A stretch of 63,130 nucleotides of DNA, filler included, from Octopus bimaculoides (GCF_001194135.2; 4 parts of 3 records of this genome joined end to end with filler, not necessarily neighbours in it), one strand, 5' to 3'. Shown: positions 12,539-25,485, counted from the whole stretch's first letter. The notes: generated by a model from the letters alone, not told the origin. Made by a program: numbers and translations.

Positions 12539-13044
12539 TTATAATTGGTGTCACACAACATGAGAAACCTGAATATTTGAATTACAGGAACAATCCAAAG
12601 AAAGGGGTTGCAGAAGAATCAATCCCAGTACTGGAGCGGTACTTTAATTAAATCCCAAAGTGCAGAAAGTAAATTTGATCCAGGAAGGATTTGAACTCAG
12701 ATTGCAGTGAGTCACTATCAATAATTACAGGGACATAAACAGATTAACAGACTAACACCAGCTGGTTAGCAATGGTGGGATACAAACACAAACACGCACA
12801 CATATATATATAAATACAAAATGTTTCTTATATTAAAGTACTACTTTGATTAAATCCCAAAGTACAAAAAGCAAATTTGATCCAGGCAGGATTTGAACTC
12901 AGATTGCGGCAAGTCACAATCAATAACACATTAGTTTCTATCAGATGCTCAAATGATTTGGTTAGTTTGATACCATTTACTGTGGAAGAGCTAAATCTCT
13001 TTCCATGAATTCCCTGTCATTTGAAGAAAGAAAACAACGTATTT

Positions 13045-13655
13045 TGCAGCTTGCTTCCCAACTACATATTTCCAGGTTCAGTCCCCCAGCATTACACCTA
13101 AGGCAGGTGTCTTCTACTACTGCACTAAGTCATCCAAAGACTTGTGAGTGCATTTGGTAGACAGAAACTGAAAGAAGCCCATTGTGTGTGTGTGCATGTG
13201 TGTGTGTGTGTGTGTGTGTGACTGTTGCATGTGTATGTGTCAGTGTGTTTGTCCTCCACCATTGATTGTTTGCTGACTGGTGTTTGTTTATGTGTTTACA
13301 TCCCTGTAACCTAGCAGTTCAGCATAAGAGACCAAGAAAATAAATACTTGGACATATCCAGCCCAAATATTCTACTGGTTTCATGCTCAAATTGGCCAGA
13401 TCTGGCCTCTCACACCAACCCAGCAATGTCCACCAAAAAATAAACAGTCACTTCATCAAAATCTTGAAGTGACAATATAATGCATAATTAATTCAAAATA
13501 ATTTGTATAAATAAGAATTACATTTAACAGAGTAATCTGAATGCTCAAGGGTTGAAAAAAAAAGCACTGGGGTTGATTTATTTGACTAAAACCCGTCAAG
13601 GTGGTGCCTCAGCATGGCTGCAGTCCAATGACTAAAACAAACAAAAGATAAAAAG
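13045..13655 (+). mobile_element. SINE family A interrupted by a piggyBac-like MITE (about 13350-13551)
   Basis: Head gcttgcttcccaactac...ggttcagtccccc; (GT)n; body catccctgtaacctagc; MITE piece ending aatgctcaaggg; SINE resumes with ctggggttgatttatttgactaa. Confidence 0.7.
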
Positions 13656-14476
13656 TAAATTATCTTTCTTTAGCATGCCCTCTGATAATGAGGCTGTTGT
13701 AGATTTATATAATTGCTTGATCGATTGCTAGAAATAACAGCTGAATCTCTATTCATGCACATCCAACCATCTTAAAAACAAAGCAAGCATGACCAAATAA
13801 AATATAAGAATCAACAAAATAGATGGGATGGTCATGGCTCGATTGCTTTGGTGATCAGCATTCTTCATGAGAACTGATGTAACACCAAACAAGAGCACAA
13901 CAATATTAATTGATGAATTATATTGTCAGCAAGCACAATGATTATAGTGAGTATAGATTTATTCAGACGATGCTGACAAGATTTACCCAGAACATGAATA
14001 CGAATAGCATTAAATCTTTAAATAAATATCATAAATTCAAATTTTTATAAATTTAATTCTGATTTTTTTTTTAATTACATTGAATATTTCAAATTTATTC
14101 ATAAAGAAGAATTATGTTAAATTATAATTTTTACCCTCGATATTATTAAATTATTTTAATCAAAATATTAGGAAAATAATTGATTATCATACTCTTCTGA
14201 TGGAGATGCACAGTAAGTCAAGCCAATGCAATGTTGACTTACCAACTGAAATCAATGATGCACATTGGATAATGATCGGAACTAAAACTGTGTACTTTGT
14301 AAATACATTAAACTTCTAATACTTCAGACCATGTAGCTGTAAATAGATACAATGGAGACTTAGTTCATTGTTGTAATAGGGAGATCAGGGAGCTGCTGTA
14401 TAACAGGGGCTCCCATTCTATGATTGTAGCATAAATTAGGTTGCAGTATAATTCTCAAAAGGCCTTAAAGTCAGCG

Positions 14477-14604
14477 TGGCTATGTGGTAAGAAGCTTGCT
14501 TCCCAACCACTGCGTGGTTCATTGGGCAAATGTCTTCTACTAAAGCCTCAGCCCAACAAAAAACTTCTGAGTGGATTTAGTAGAGGGAACTGAAAGAAGC
14601 CCAT

Positions 14605-14610
<6 letters not shown>
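14477..14610 (+). mobile_element. SINE family A with the B-box segment deleted
   Basis: gtggctatgtggtaagaagcttgcttcccaaccac joins directly to tgcgtgg, apparently by deletion between two ccac repeats. Confidence 0.75.
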
Positions 14611-14656
<46 letters not shown>

Positions 14657-15222
14657 TATCTTGTGCCTGAAAGAAGCCCATTGCATATATGCATGTACAT
14701 TAGTTGAGTCCTGATTGGCTATAAAATTATCATGTACTCATTATAATGGATGGACCACAGAATATACGATTCTAATATGGTTATACTGGTTTCTCTCAAA
14801 GATTCTATGGTTAGCAGTGACCATAACTAATTAGCAGTACTGAATTTATCTGAGAAGATCCAGTAGCTTTCCTTGGTAGCCAGTAACAAAGCAAAAATCC
14901 ACAGATTTTAATGATTAAGTATTACTGCATTTGTACAGCAACATAATAAAATAGCTGAAGTAGATTTTTGAAGTCAGAGTTCTCCAGCCATTGATTTAAT
15001 ACCTTGTCAACTCAGACATTTTCACCTCTTGCTAATCTGGTTAGCATAATTTGTCTCCTCTCTGAAAAACCCAATTTCTGGATATGCAGGGCTAATGTGT
15101 CATAAACTAGACATTTAGTTTTTGCAAGTGGTTGTAAGAAAGAATTTGTATATGTCTGTGTATGTCAATATATATGTGTATGTGCATATATGTATGTGTG
15201 TGTGTATGTGCATGTTTGTACA

Positions 15223-15283
<61 letters not shown>

Positions 15284-15327
15284 NNNNNNNNNNNNNNNNN
15301 NNNNNNNNNNNNNNNNNNNNNNNNNNN

Positions 15328-15339
15328 TTAATTAATTAA
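15328..15339. other. Assembly linker TTAATTAATTAA inside a 100-bp gap
   Basis: 44 N + 12 nt + 44 N; identical layout at 26985 and 58898. Confidence 0.95.
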
Positions 15340-15383
15340 NNNNNNNNNNNNNNNNNNNNNNNNNNNNNNNNNNNNNNNNNNNN

Positions 15384-15700
15384 CCACTTCATACTAAAAA
15401 TATCCGCCTATGGATATAATAATAGATTACTTTATTTTTTCTGTCTCCGATGAAGGGAAGTACTGGATCTTCCCAGAAACAGCTGTAAGACTCTATCCAT
15501 AAAATACTTCTCCAACCTTACCATTGCTCTCTTTATCTTTTTATTTTTATATATTTACATATACACACGCTAATATACGACTTATAATCCCCAATCCTGT
15601 TCATACAACGACTGGGACAAACTAGTCGGTATACAGCACTTACTCGGTATTACCTGTATACTCTTGGGTTTGGTTAAATCCAATACCCTCCTCAACTTTA
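15384..15700 (+). mobile_element. Penelope-like element terminal (pLTR/UTR) fragment
   Basis: Contains a hammerhead-type motif of the kind carried by Penelope ends; CpG-richer than its flanks, suggesting a younger insertion. Confidence 0.45.
15443..15491 (+). ncRNA. Minimal type I hammerhead ribozyme-like fold (variant core)
   Basis: Stem I GTCT/AGAC; core CCGATGA; stem II GGGAAG/CTTCCC; GAAA; palindromic stem III ACAGCTGT; GUA cleavage triplet at 15485-15487. Confidence 0.55.
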
Positions 15701-18249
15701 TATATATATATATATATATATACTGGCAAAAATGTTTGCGGGCAACGAACATAAAAAGTTTCATCTTACCTATAAGAAGAACATTAATTAAATGTATGAC
15801 TCAGATGTGGATAATCTAGGAACTAGGTTCCAAACTTTCCAAATTACGTTTGTTAACGTAAATTTGATTAGTTCTCTTCAGCTAGATTTACCTAGACATG
15901 ATAGTGTCTGTCTATCTATCTATCTATCCATTTGTATGTATGTATGTGTGTGCATTGGTATGTATGAGTATATAAATGTGTGTCTGTGTGTGCGTGTGCA
16001 TTGGTATGTCTATATGAATGTGTATGTTTATATGAATGTGTGTGTGTGTGTGCGCATGTGTGTGTGCGTGCGTGCATGTGTATGTACATGAGACTGTATA
16101 TGACTTTCTCAATAGAATATCAGACTGTCAGCCAAAGATCTTTCCACTCACAGTGTGTTTTGTTCATGCTCAAGATTTTGACCTCTCAAATGGCCTGTTT
16201 TATTCTAAAAGTAAATAGGTGCCATAGAGTAAGAACAACTCAAGTTTGTCAGCAGCAACAGCGTCACTATAAATTTAAACAATGACTCTTTAGTTTCCAA
16301 TGTTATGCTCCAGTTAAGTAGATTTCTCTACCTCTCTTTCTATGTATATGTATATATATATATGCATGTATGCATATATGTATGTATGTTTGTGTGTGTA
16401 CATAGGTATGTATGTGTGTATGCATGCATGCTTAAATGTATGTATGTGTGTACATGTATGTATGTACATATGTATACACAGACGCATGCACACATACAAA
16501 TGTATTCATGTGTGTGCAAATTGGCAACATTGCAGTATACCTGGCTCTAATATCACCAGAGCACCTTATTGTAAATCCTCCAAAGAAGCCTCCTATGAGA
16601 AGTTAGCTGAGCCTACTTGTTAAGCCAAAACATCTGACTGTCTATAAAGTGATAAGTTCTACTTCTATGGAAATGATTGTAGAAAACTGGATCTCTGACT
16701 GATATGGCTTTGGTTAATGACATGACAATAAGGTATTTGAAGTAATAAGAATCCTCTATAATTGAATAGATTATGGAGCTCACTTGTATGTAATATGCAC
16801 ACGTGTACACACATATATATATGTGCACATGTGTGTGTGTGTGTGTGTGCATGCACATGCATGTGTGTATGCATGCTTCTCTTTGTGAAACAGAGTAATT
16901 GAGACATGAATATATCACCTGTACTCTTTCACGCATTGGATATGAGATATATGCAAAGGACAACTTGTGTTATTTATATTCACAACATACTTCCCTCTCA
17001 TATCTAGGAATTACAAACAAAAATGACCTTGGTTGTTTTCCAACACCTTCGTAATTGCCCTTCATAAATATATAAACACCATAAAAATCTACAAAACTTC
17101 AACTACAATTCCTCCACCCATCCCCATCACATCACATACTCTAATGTACTTTAATACTTGAATGATTTCTTTCCAAATTTTCCATTTTCATCTAGCGTTT
17201 TTCCACCTTTCTGTCTTCCTTCTTTTCAATTCTTACATTTATTTCTTCCTTCAATTTTTTCTTAATCAATCAATTATATGCATTATTAGATATTTACAGA
17301 AGCTTGAATTTTTTCTAGTAATTTATTCAGCCTGCCTCTCCCCTTTTCTTCATCATTTCACTTTATCTTTCCTTTATTGCTTCTTTGGTTATATGTGGTT
17401 CTCTTGTTATATATATATTCTTCATTCTTCATATCTTGCCCAGGTTTGCCTTTTAAAATTCGTTATAAGTTGATTTACATATACATTTTTCTAAACCACA
17501 ATTTAGCTTATTCTCTTCCTTGTTTAACGAAGGATATACTTATTTTGCAGCTTGTACATTTTGCTCACATGGCAAGGCAGTTTATTAAACTCTAATAATT
17601 TCTGTAGTAATCTTCTTGCCACAGAGAAAAGTGACTCCATTCTTGTACACAAACTGGTTACTTGCATAAATAAACTTGACTCACATCAAGACTAAATACA
17701 TCTGGTTTGAGCAAAAGAAAATGTGAATCAAACAAAACATGCTAAGTATATTTGTCACAATTTTATTCACTTCCACTCGAAAATAATCTAATTTCTATTT
17801 CTATAGCTACAGAATGACTACATATAACTTCTTATGAAATGAACACTGCCATCAGCTTATCTGATCTCCATAACTACACAAATGTAATTAATATTTAAGT
17901 TTAAATTCAAAATTGAACTGACAACAACTAACAGACTGAAATTTATAAGCAACTGGAATATTCATACATTGGATAAATATAATATAAATTAACTGTCATT
18001 ATTTGTTTCTCAAATTTATATTTTAAATTTTGAGATGGTTAAAAACAACTGTTAGGAAAAATTATCATCATTCTGTAAGAGAAATGAATAATGAACCTTG
18101 ATGCATACTCTCTCTCTCTCTCCTCTTCTTCCCCTTCCCTCTCTTCTCCCTTTCCTTCTCCCCCCTCTCTCTCACACACACACAAACACACAGATACACA
18201 TGAATACAATTTGTTGCTAATGAACTTGTCTCTACTGCTATTGATAAAA

Positions 18250-18372
18250 CTTTTTTAAACTGGTCTTCTTTGGGCCATAGTAGAAGACATTTACCTACGG
18301 TGCCACACAGTGGAACCAAACCTGAAACTGTGAGGTTGGGAATTGAACATCCTAACCACACTGACATAGCTA
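18250..18372 (-). mobile_element. SINE family A
   Basis: gtagaagacatttacctacggtgccacacagtggaaccaaacctgaaactgtg...aaccacactgacatagc. Confidence 0.75.
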
Positions 18373-18904
18373 TACACATATACATACATTTATACATACA
18401 TATACATATACATATGTACACATATATGTACGTATTACAAAATTTGAGAAAAATGTTTAATGCAGTTACAATATTTCAATATGTAGAGAATATTTTTAGA
18501 AAATAAGACATATAAAAAAATATCTTTAAAAAAGCATATTAACACAAACCTCATGCAAGACAGTTTTTGTGTAAAAATCTATTCCACTAGATCACTGTTA
18601 AACACTGTGTGTATATGTGTCTGGCTGTCTCTCTGCTTAGTTAACTGCAGGTGTGTATTCTCATTGCAGTAACATGTGCATGTTGATTGTAAACAATGAC
18701 TTTTCATTCATATGAATGGTTTCATTTGTTTGCAGTTCACAGCAAAAGTATGTCTGGGCATCTTGACATGTTTTGTCATGCATACACTGATTGTAAATAA
18801 TGAGCTTCACCATTTACACAAATGCAGTCATTTGTTTGCAATCTTCTACAAAAGTATATGCTGGCTATTGATGGCTTCACAAATGGAAAAATTATTACCT
18901 TTTC

Positions 18905-19460
18905 TTCAAACAAGATGGAGGTTGGCATCAGGAAGGGTATCCAGAATTTTGCCTTAATGAAGTCTACCTGACCCCTGCAAGCATGGAAAAGTAGAAATGG
19001 TAGCAGTGGTGGTGGTGGTGGCAGTGGCAGTGGTGGCAGTGGTAATGATAGTGGTAGCAGTGATAATGATATACTCTGGATGCAGAGGATTTGCAAAGAT
19101 TAGAAATGCATGAAGCAAGTGTGATTTTATTGGACAAGTGATGTTAGTGTACATGAATTATGAAGTACAAGTGAGTTGAGAAAAAAGCTGGATATTAGAA
19201 GAATCAAATATAGTGTGCAAAAGAGAAGATTGTGCTTTACGGGTATGTAATGCATATGGAAAATGATAATTATATAAAGTAATGTAGTGCACTTACAGTG
19301 GATGGAATCTGTAGAAATGGAAGACATGGGATGAAGTGTTGAAAGGTGATACTAAGATATTGAACCCCTTGGAGGAAATGATGAAAGACTGAAATGATTG
19401 GTAATACACAGTGCTGAAGAAACCCTATTCACCCCTACAAGTATGATAAAATAACATTAA
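18905..19460 (+). mobile_element. RTE LINE remnants: a 3' tail plus a C-terminal ORF2 fragment
   Basis: 19140-19400 translates (with frameshifts) to ELRKKLDIRRIKYSVQKRRL..YGYVMHMEND...GICRNG.TWDEVLKGD, resembling the RTE RRLRWYGHV...GRGRPRKTWDEV region. Confidence 0.65.
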
Positions 19461-19799
19461 CATGGTGTTAATGATAGAAGCTGAGAGGTATATTATAAAT
19501 ATCTATATTAGAGTCTCTTCCCCATTAGATCCTGTTATGTCTACCTCTGCTGTCTTTCTCACTTCTTGATATCCTTACTTCACTGTATGATGTTGCTTGT
19601 ATATCTAAGTATGGCAGGGAATCTTTGATTTGCTACACTATGATGCTTTTGCACCTGGGTATGTCAATGGACTTGTCTGAATCACTCATCTCTCTAACAT
19701 TCACCTTCTCTCAGATTCACTGTGCTATGCCACCCATGTAACAAGGGACAGAACTGACCCTTCATGCATTCTATCTCCCCACTGTTATCAATATCAGTT

Positions 19800-20000
19800 A
19801 ACTTTTTTGCTTATCATAAGAATTGTTATTTTGAAGCATATCAGCTGTATAAGAAAGTTTCAAGCACTTAAAATGATTGGAACCTGTGAAAGAGAAGAAC
19901 CTAGGAAGATTTATTACAAAGGTTTGAAAACTGATCTCAACTTGACATCATACAAAGGAGATGACAAAAAGATGTTTTTTGTTGATATGTTGTACAGGTA
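19800..20000 (+). mobile_element. RTE LINE C-terminal remnant
   Basis: ORF 19807-20001 contains GTCEREEPRK, resembling RTE GTCGRGRPRK. Confidence 0.45.
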
Positions 20001-23000
20001 AAGACCTGACAACTAGTATAAACTAGGTGAAATGTATATGAAAATGTTGGTGAGAATATAATGATGGAGCCTGGGCCACATAGTATATGTCTACATTTGG
20101 ACTTTTGCCCATTTGTACCTGCAAAGTCGCCATCTACTATCTATCTTGCCTATTCAATACCCTCTCATCTCTCTATCATTCTTTCTATTCATTGTATCAC
20201 ATTGCCTGTGAAATGATATAAAACAACAGATTTTTCCACAAGAAATCTCTCTCACTATTACCACAGGTATCTCATGACTCCTCTTTTCTTCCAAAACATG
20301 ATGCTTTTGTTTCCAATACACCCCTTTCTCTTACCTTGTTAGTCAACATCTCCGACCTTCTTGTCAATCCTTTATCTTTTTCTCTCTTAACATCTAACAT
20401 TACATTTCTTCATTGTCAGCCTGTACTCCTCCCTTTGACCACTATTTATTGACATCCATCACACTCTCTTACACCAACCATTTCTATGACTATCAATCAC
20501 TCCTCTCTCTCTCTCTCTTCCACGCTCTATCTTACAAATAAACATGTAGCTGCCTCAGTGTCTCTCTTCCATCAGGATGCCGAGGTAAGAAAGATTGCAT
20601 TAGATCTAATACCTCTGTGTCTCCTTCCTACTACCAAACATGTACCTATTATTAGTGTCTCTCCTTACGTTGCTGGCTGTTACTCCTCTTGCCTCATGTC
20701 ATCTCGTTATTGACATCTATCTCTGCTTTTCTCATTAAGCCCAGTAATCACTGTCTTCTTGCCATTACTGTACCTCTTCATCATTCTGAATGGTACTGTT
20801 TCACCCATTCTTTTCTCCTTTCACATGTTACCCTGTCTCCTCTTCCATACTCTTTCTTCTTTCTCTTCCACTCTGAATTGTCTTTTGTAGTTACCACTGT
20901 TCTTCCCATTCATTACTCCTAATAGAAACACAATTCACTACAATCTGCAAAATAATAGATGTTTGCAGGAACATTTAACCAGAGAAACCATACCAAAACA
21001 AAATGTCTGAGAGAGAGAGAGTCTAGTGATATAGCTAAGGAGGCAGTAACTCCAGATAAGAATTGACTTGGACCATTACAACATATCCTGACCATGCTAT
21101 TTTGGAAAACAAATATAAAATGATGATAATGACGATTACATACAGGTGTGTGTGTGTGTGTGTGTGTGTACGCATATGTATTATACACTCAGGCAATTGT
21201 TTTTTTTAATGTATATACATAAAACTGTGAAATATCCAACTTACTTTCTGTTAAAAATATATTCTTTAACCTCACTCACAACTGTTACAATGCAAAATAT
21301 ATTCTTTCTAACATTATTAAACAACAGTCATTTGTCTTTTTGTGATGAATACACTACCAACCCTTCTAATTCTTCATATTTCCTATCTTTTTTTTAATTC
21401 ATCTTTTTACTTTACTTATTTCTTGATTCTTCTTGACTTCTACATATTTTCTTGTTTTTCTTATTCTTTACTTGTTTACTTTCCTTGTCTTTTATTTCAA
21501 TTACATCAATTCAATTCAATTCTTCTTCTTCTTTTTCCTCCTCCTCCCCCTCCATCTCCTCCATACCCTCTCTCACCTCCATCACAATTATCACTACTAC
21601 TGCAACTCTCAGTAACATCATCAGCTGCATCACCTTCATCATCATTTTCTATTTCTTAAAGCAACTTGAGCTATTTTCTCTCAAAATTTTCCTTCGAGCC
21701 AGTTTCCATTTTTGACCAAGTTAACTAATGGGTTAGTCTGCCAGTTTTCACTGTTCTTTCAGTGTAATCTAGCTTTTCCAATACTACCACGCCATCCACA
21801 CTACATCTCCTAACACCAACACCTTCAGTCTACCATCCTTGCACTTCGGCTATCATACAATAAATGATAAATTACCATCAAGCTATATTTAACAGAATTT
21901 TCAAGGTGAAAGAAAAAAAAAATTGAGTAAAACTAAAAAAAAATATATCAACTAGAATAGAAATAAACTCAATAAGATTTGCGAAATAGCAGAGAACAGA
22001 AGGTCTATAAGGGGTGAAAACCAAAACTGACTACCTGCTCTGACGAATTTCAAATGAGTTCAAAATTAGTGTATCAATTTGATTAAACTTCCTTTAGTCT
22101 TCATTAACTTACTTTGTAACAGTGGCAATTGTTGAATTTTCTTACACTATTTCTTACACTATTTTCTTTGTTCACTTTCTGTTTCGTCTCATACTTTTTC
22201 ATGTATCTCCATAACACTTTATGTGTGCTGGCTTAAATTAGCTGTAAAATTTGATTAAGTCCACTGGCTGTTGCGAACATAGTACTTCTGGAAAAGAATT
22301 CAGACAAAATCAATAATTGGTAATTGAAACATATAAAAGTGGTAAGGTATAACAATAGTGGTTGAGATATTTGGTGAAGCCATTTAGTCTTGACAGAAAT
22401 ACATTCTGATGATAAAATGTGTGAATGTGCGCGCACACACACATACACACACATATGTGTGTGTGTGTGTATATATATTTATCTATATATATTATGTACT
22501 ATGTGTATGTCTGTGTATATATATGTATGTATTTTAATATTGAGATTTNNNNNNNNNNNNNNNNNNNNNNNNNNNNNNNNNNNNNNNNNNNNNNNNNNNN
22601 NNNNNNNNNNNNNNNNNNNNNNNNNNNNNNNNNNNNNNNNNNNNNNNNNNNNNNNNNNNNNNNNNNNNNNNNNNNNNNNNNNNNNNNNNNNNNNNNNNNN
22701 NNNNNNNNNNNNNNNNNNNNNNNNNNNNNNNNNNNNNNNNNNNNNNNNNNNNNNNNNNNNNNNNNNNNNNNNNNNNNNNNNNNNNNNNNNNNNNNNNNNN
22801 NNNNNNNNNNNNNNNNNNNNNNNNNNNNNNNNNNNNNNNNNNNNNNNNNNNNNNNNNNNNNNNNNNNNNNNNNNNNNNNNNNNNNNNNNNNNNNNNNNNN
22901 NNNNNNNNNNNNNNNNNNNNNNNNNNNNNGAAGTGAATTGAGGAACTCCACTGGGTAATGCGTTGCCTGTTCTTGATCATGGACAGAGTTAATTGATCTG

Positions 23001-23105
23001 TATGAACATTCAGGTCCTGGAAGCTGAGTTAACAAATTTAAATTCAGCTTGTGTACAGAATCATTCCTTGGTACCAGAATTGTTCTTTCACATAGCCACT
23101 TGTGA

Positions 23106-23489
23106 CTAACCCTAACCGTAACCCTAACCCTGGTTAGTAAATGATGAAATTACTTACATCAGTAAATGTGAATTTGTTAGCGATTGAAAACGTAAACTTT
23201 TATTGAGAACAGTAACGATTGAAGTTAAAGTGAGGTTGAAGCGAAATTCGTCACTCAGTGAACCAAACAGCCAGTATCGAAAGTACCAGAAAAAAAAAAC
23301 CTCAGCAACAGGGAAACACGAAACCGTACTTCTAGTGAACCAAACAGCCAGTATCGAAGGTACCAGAAAAAAAACCCCAGCAACAAGGAAACACGAAACC
23401 GTACTTCTGTTAGTAAATGATGAAATTACTTACATCAGTAAATGTGAGTAAACTTTTAGTGCGAACAGTAACGATTGAAGTTAAAGTGA
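23106..23489 (+). repeat. A-B-B-A' composite repeat preceded by a (CTAACC)n tract
   Basis: A 23133-23233; B 23257-23333 and 23334-23408; A' 23409-23489 with an internal deletion of about 20 bp. Confidence 0.9.
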
Positions 23490-24119
23490 AGAAAAAACTA
23501 TGGCTACCGGAAGTTGATATTGAGGAACCTTTTTAAAGAAGTGAATCTTAAATATAAAGCAATATTATTTATCTTAATAAAAAAAAATCAAATGAAGAGC
23601 CTAAGATTTATCCAAGGTCAAATTATTCCTGCATCACAAGTATGGAAGTAAATAGTGAAGCCGTTTTCACNNNNNNNNNNNNNNNNNNNNNNNNNNNNNN
23701 NNNNNNNNNNNNNNNNNNNNNNNNNNNNNNNNNNNNNNNNNNNNNNNNNNNNNNNNNNNNNNNNNNNNNNNNNNNNNNNNNNNNNNNNNNNNNNNNNNNN
23801 NNNNNNNNNNNNNNNNNNNNNNNNNNNNNNNNNNNNNNNNNNNNNNNNNNNNNNNNNNNNNNNNNNNNNNNNNNNNNNNNNNNNNNNNNNNNNNNNNNNN
23901 NNNNNNNNNNNNNNNNNNNNNNNNNNNNNNNNNNNNNNNNNNNNNNNNNNNNNNNNNNNNNNNNNNNNNNNNNNNNNNNNNNNNNNNNNNNNNNNNNNNN
24001 NNNNNNNNNNNNNNNNNNNNNNNNNNNNNNNNNNNNNNNNNNNNNNNNNNNNNNNNNNNNNNNNNNNNNNNNNNNNNNNNNNNNNNNNNNNNNNATATAT
24101 ATATATATAAATCCTAGCA

Positions 24120-24826
24120 ATCCTCCTCAGATCGTGTAAGTGTGCTCTGGTGAAACCACCTCAGATTCTCTTCCAGATCTTTCTTGCAAATGACAGGTTG
24201 CCAAGCAAACTGAAGGAGGGAATAATGTGCCCGGTCCATAAAGGAGGAAGCAGAGCAGATGCCAAAAACCATAGGCCTATCTCTCTGACTTCACACATCA
24301 CCGAAGTCATGGAACTGATAGTCAGAGGGAAACTAATTGCATTCCTTGAAGAAAATGACTTGCTGAGTGATACCCAGTATGGCTTTCACCCAGGTAGGAA
24401 CTGCCTGACCCAGCTCTTACAGCACTATGACTGGGTGTTGAGACAGTTACTCAACAACTCAAATGTGAACGTAATATACCTTGACTTCGCAAAAGCTTTT
24501 TATAAAGTGGATCTTGGTATATGCCACAAAACTGCATGATCTTGGCATAGTTGGAAAATTTGGAGAGTGGTTACATGACTTTCTGAAATATAGAAGTCAG
24601 GGAGTAGTGGTCAATCGAGCCACCTCAAAGAAAACACAAATAGTGAGCAGTGTTCCACAGGGCACTCTCTTGGGACCACTACTTTTCATAGTGGCCCTCT
24701 CAAATATGCCCTCAACTGCCCAGATAGCCACCCTTGGTAGCTACACAGACGATATGAAAGTCTCGCAGAAAATACAGAACCACAGCAATGTTGCACACCT
24801 GCAGCAGGAGTTGGACTCAATTTACA
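24120..24826 (+). mobile_element. CR1-type LINE reverse transcriptase fragment (frameshifted)
   Basis: PVHKGG..NHRPISLTS, QYGFHPGRNC, YLDFAKAF, VPQGTLLGPLLF, YTDD motifs across ORFs 24150-24539 and 24481-25023. Confidence 0.9.
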
Positions 24827-25485
24827 TTGTAAGTTACCATCCATCTTCAATGCCGGCAGATGGTTCAACAGGATCTGAAGAATCAGGGTACTGTGTCATA
24901 CTCCAGTGTTTTCTGTGGCCTGCTTTTTATTGTTGGATGCCAACCATTTTACATAGAGTATTGGGGCACACTTTTTGTGTAGGAACAGCAGTAATGAGGT
25001 TGTTTTGTAACCTGCAAGACTAAGGGCTTAAGGTTCCAGTTTTATGACACATGTAACCCTGCCTAATCCATACTAATCTTACACTATGAACAGGCAAAAG
25101 CACAAGTGAGAATAGTGAACAACACAATTCATGGCAGAGGTTTGGAACTCAACGCTAGATAAACTGTTGCTTGGAATTTGTTTTAGATGTCATGTTTTTC
25201 AATGTTTGAGAAGCTATCTTCAAGCTGGTAATGATTGTTAGTTTCTTGATTTGTCCCAAATGGTGATCTCCATATGTGTGATGACAAGAAAGAGGTTTGT
25301 CTAACAGTTATCAGCAGTGGCCCGGGAACCAAATTTGCTTAGGGGGTGCAAACTCAGTTCCAAAATTTGGCACTACTGGAGAAGTGTGGATCTAAGTTCT
25401 GGGAGTGTGCATGTCACAAATTTGCGCATGCGCACGCGTTATTTGTAAGTAGTCGAATTTAGCACTCAGGTTAAAAACGAGACGC

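Noticed and set aside
14477-14560. tRNA-like A/B-box sequences in SINE heads (also 31955-32076 and 53828-53915)
   Set aside because: No complete cloverleaf, and they continue into SINE bodies; these are SINEs, not tRNA genes
20040-21715. Long pyrimidine-rich stretch with many 60-105 aa ORFs
   Set aside because: Strand-skewed low complexity removes stop codons; possibly a decayed retroelement on the minus strand, but no diagnostic motif could be read
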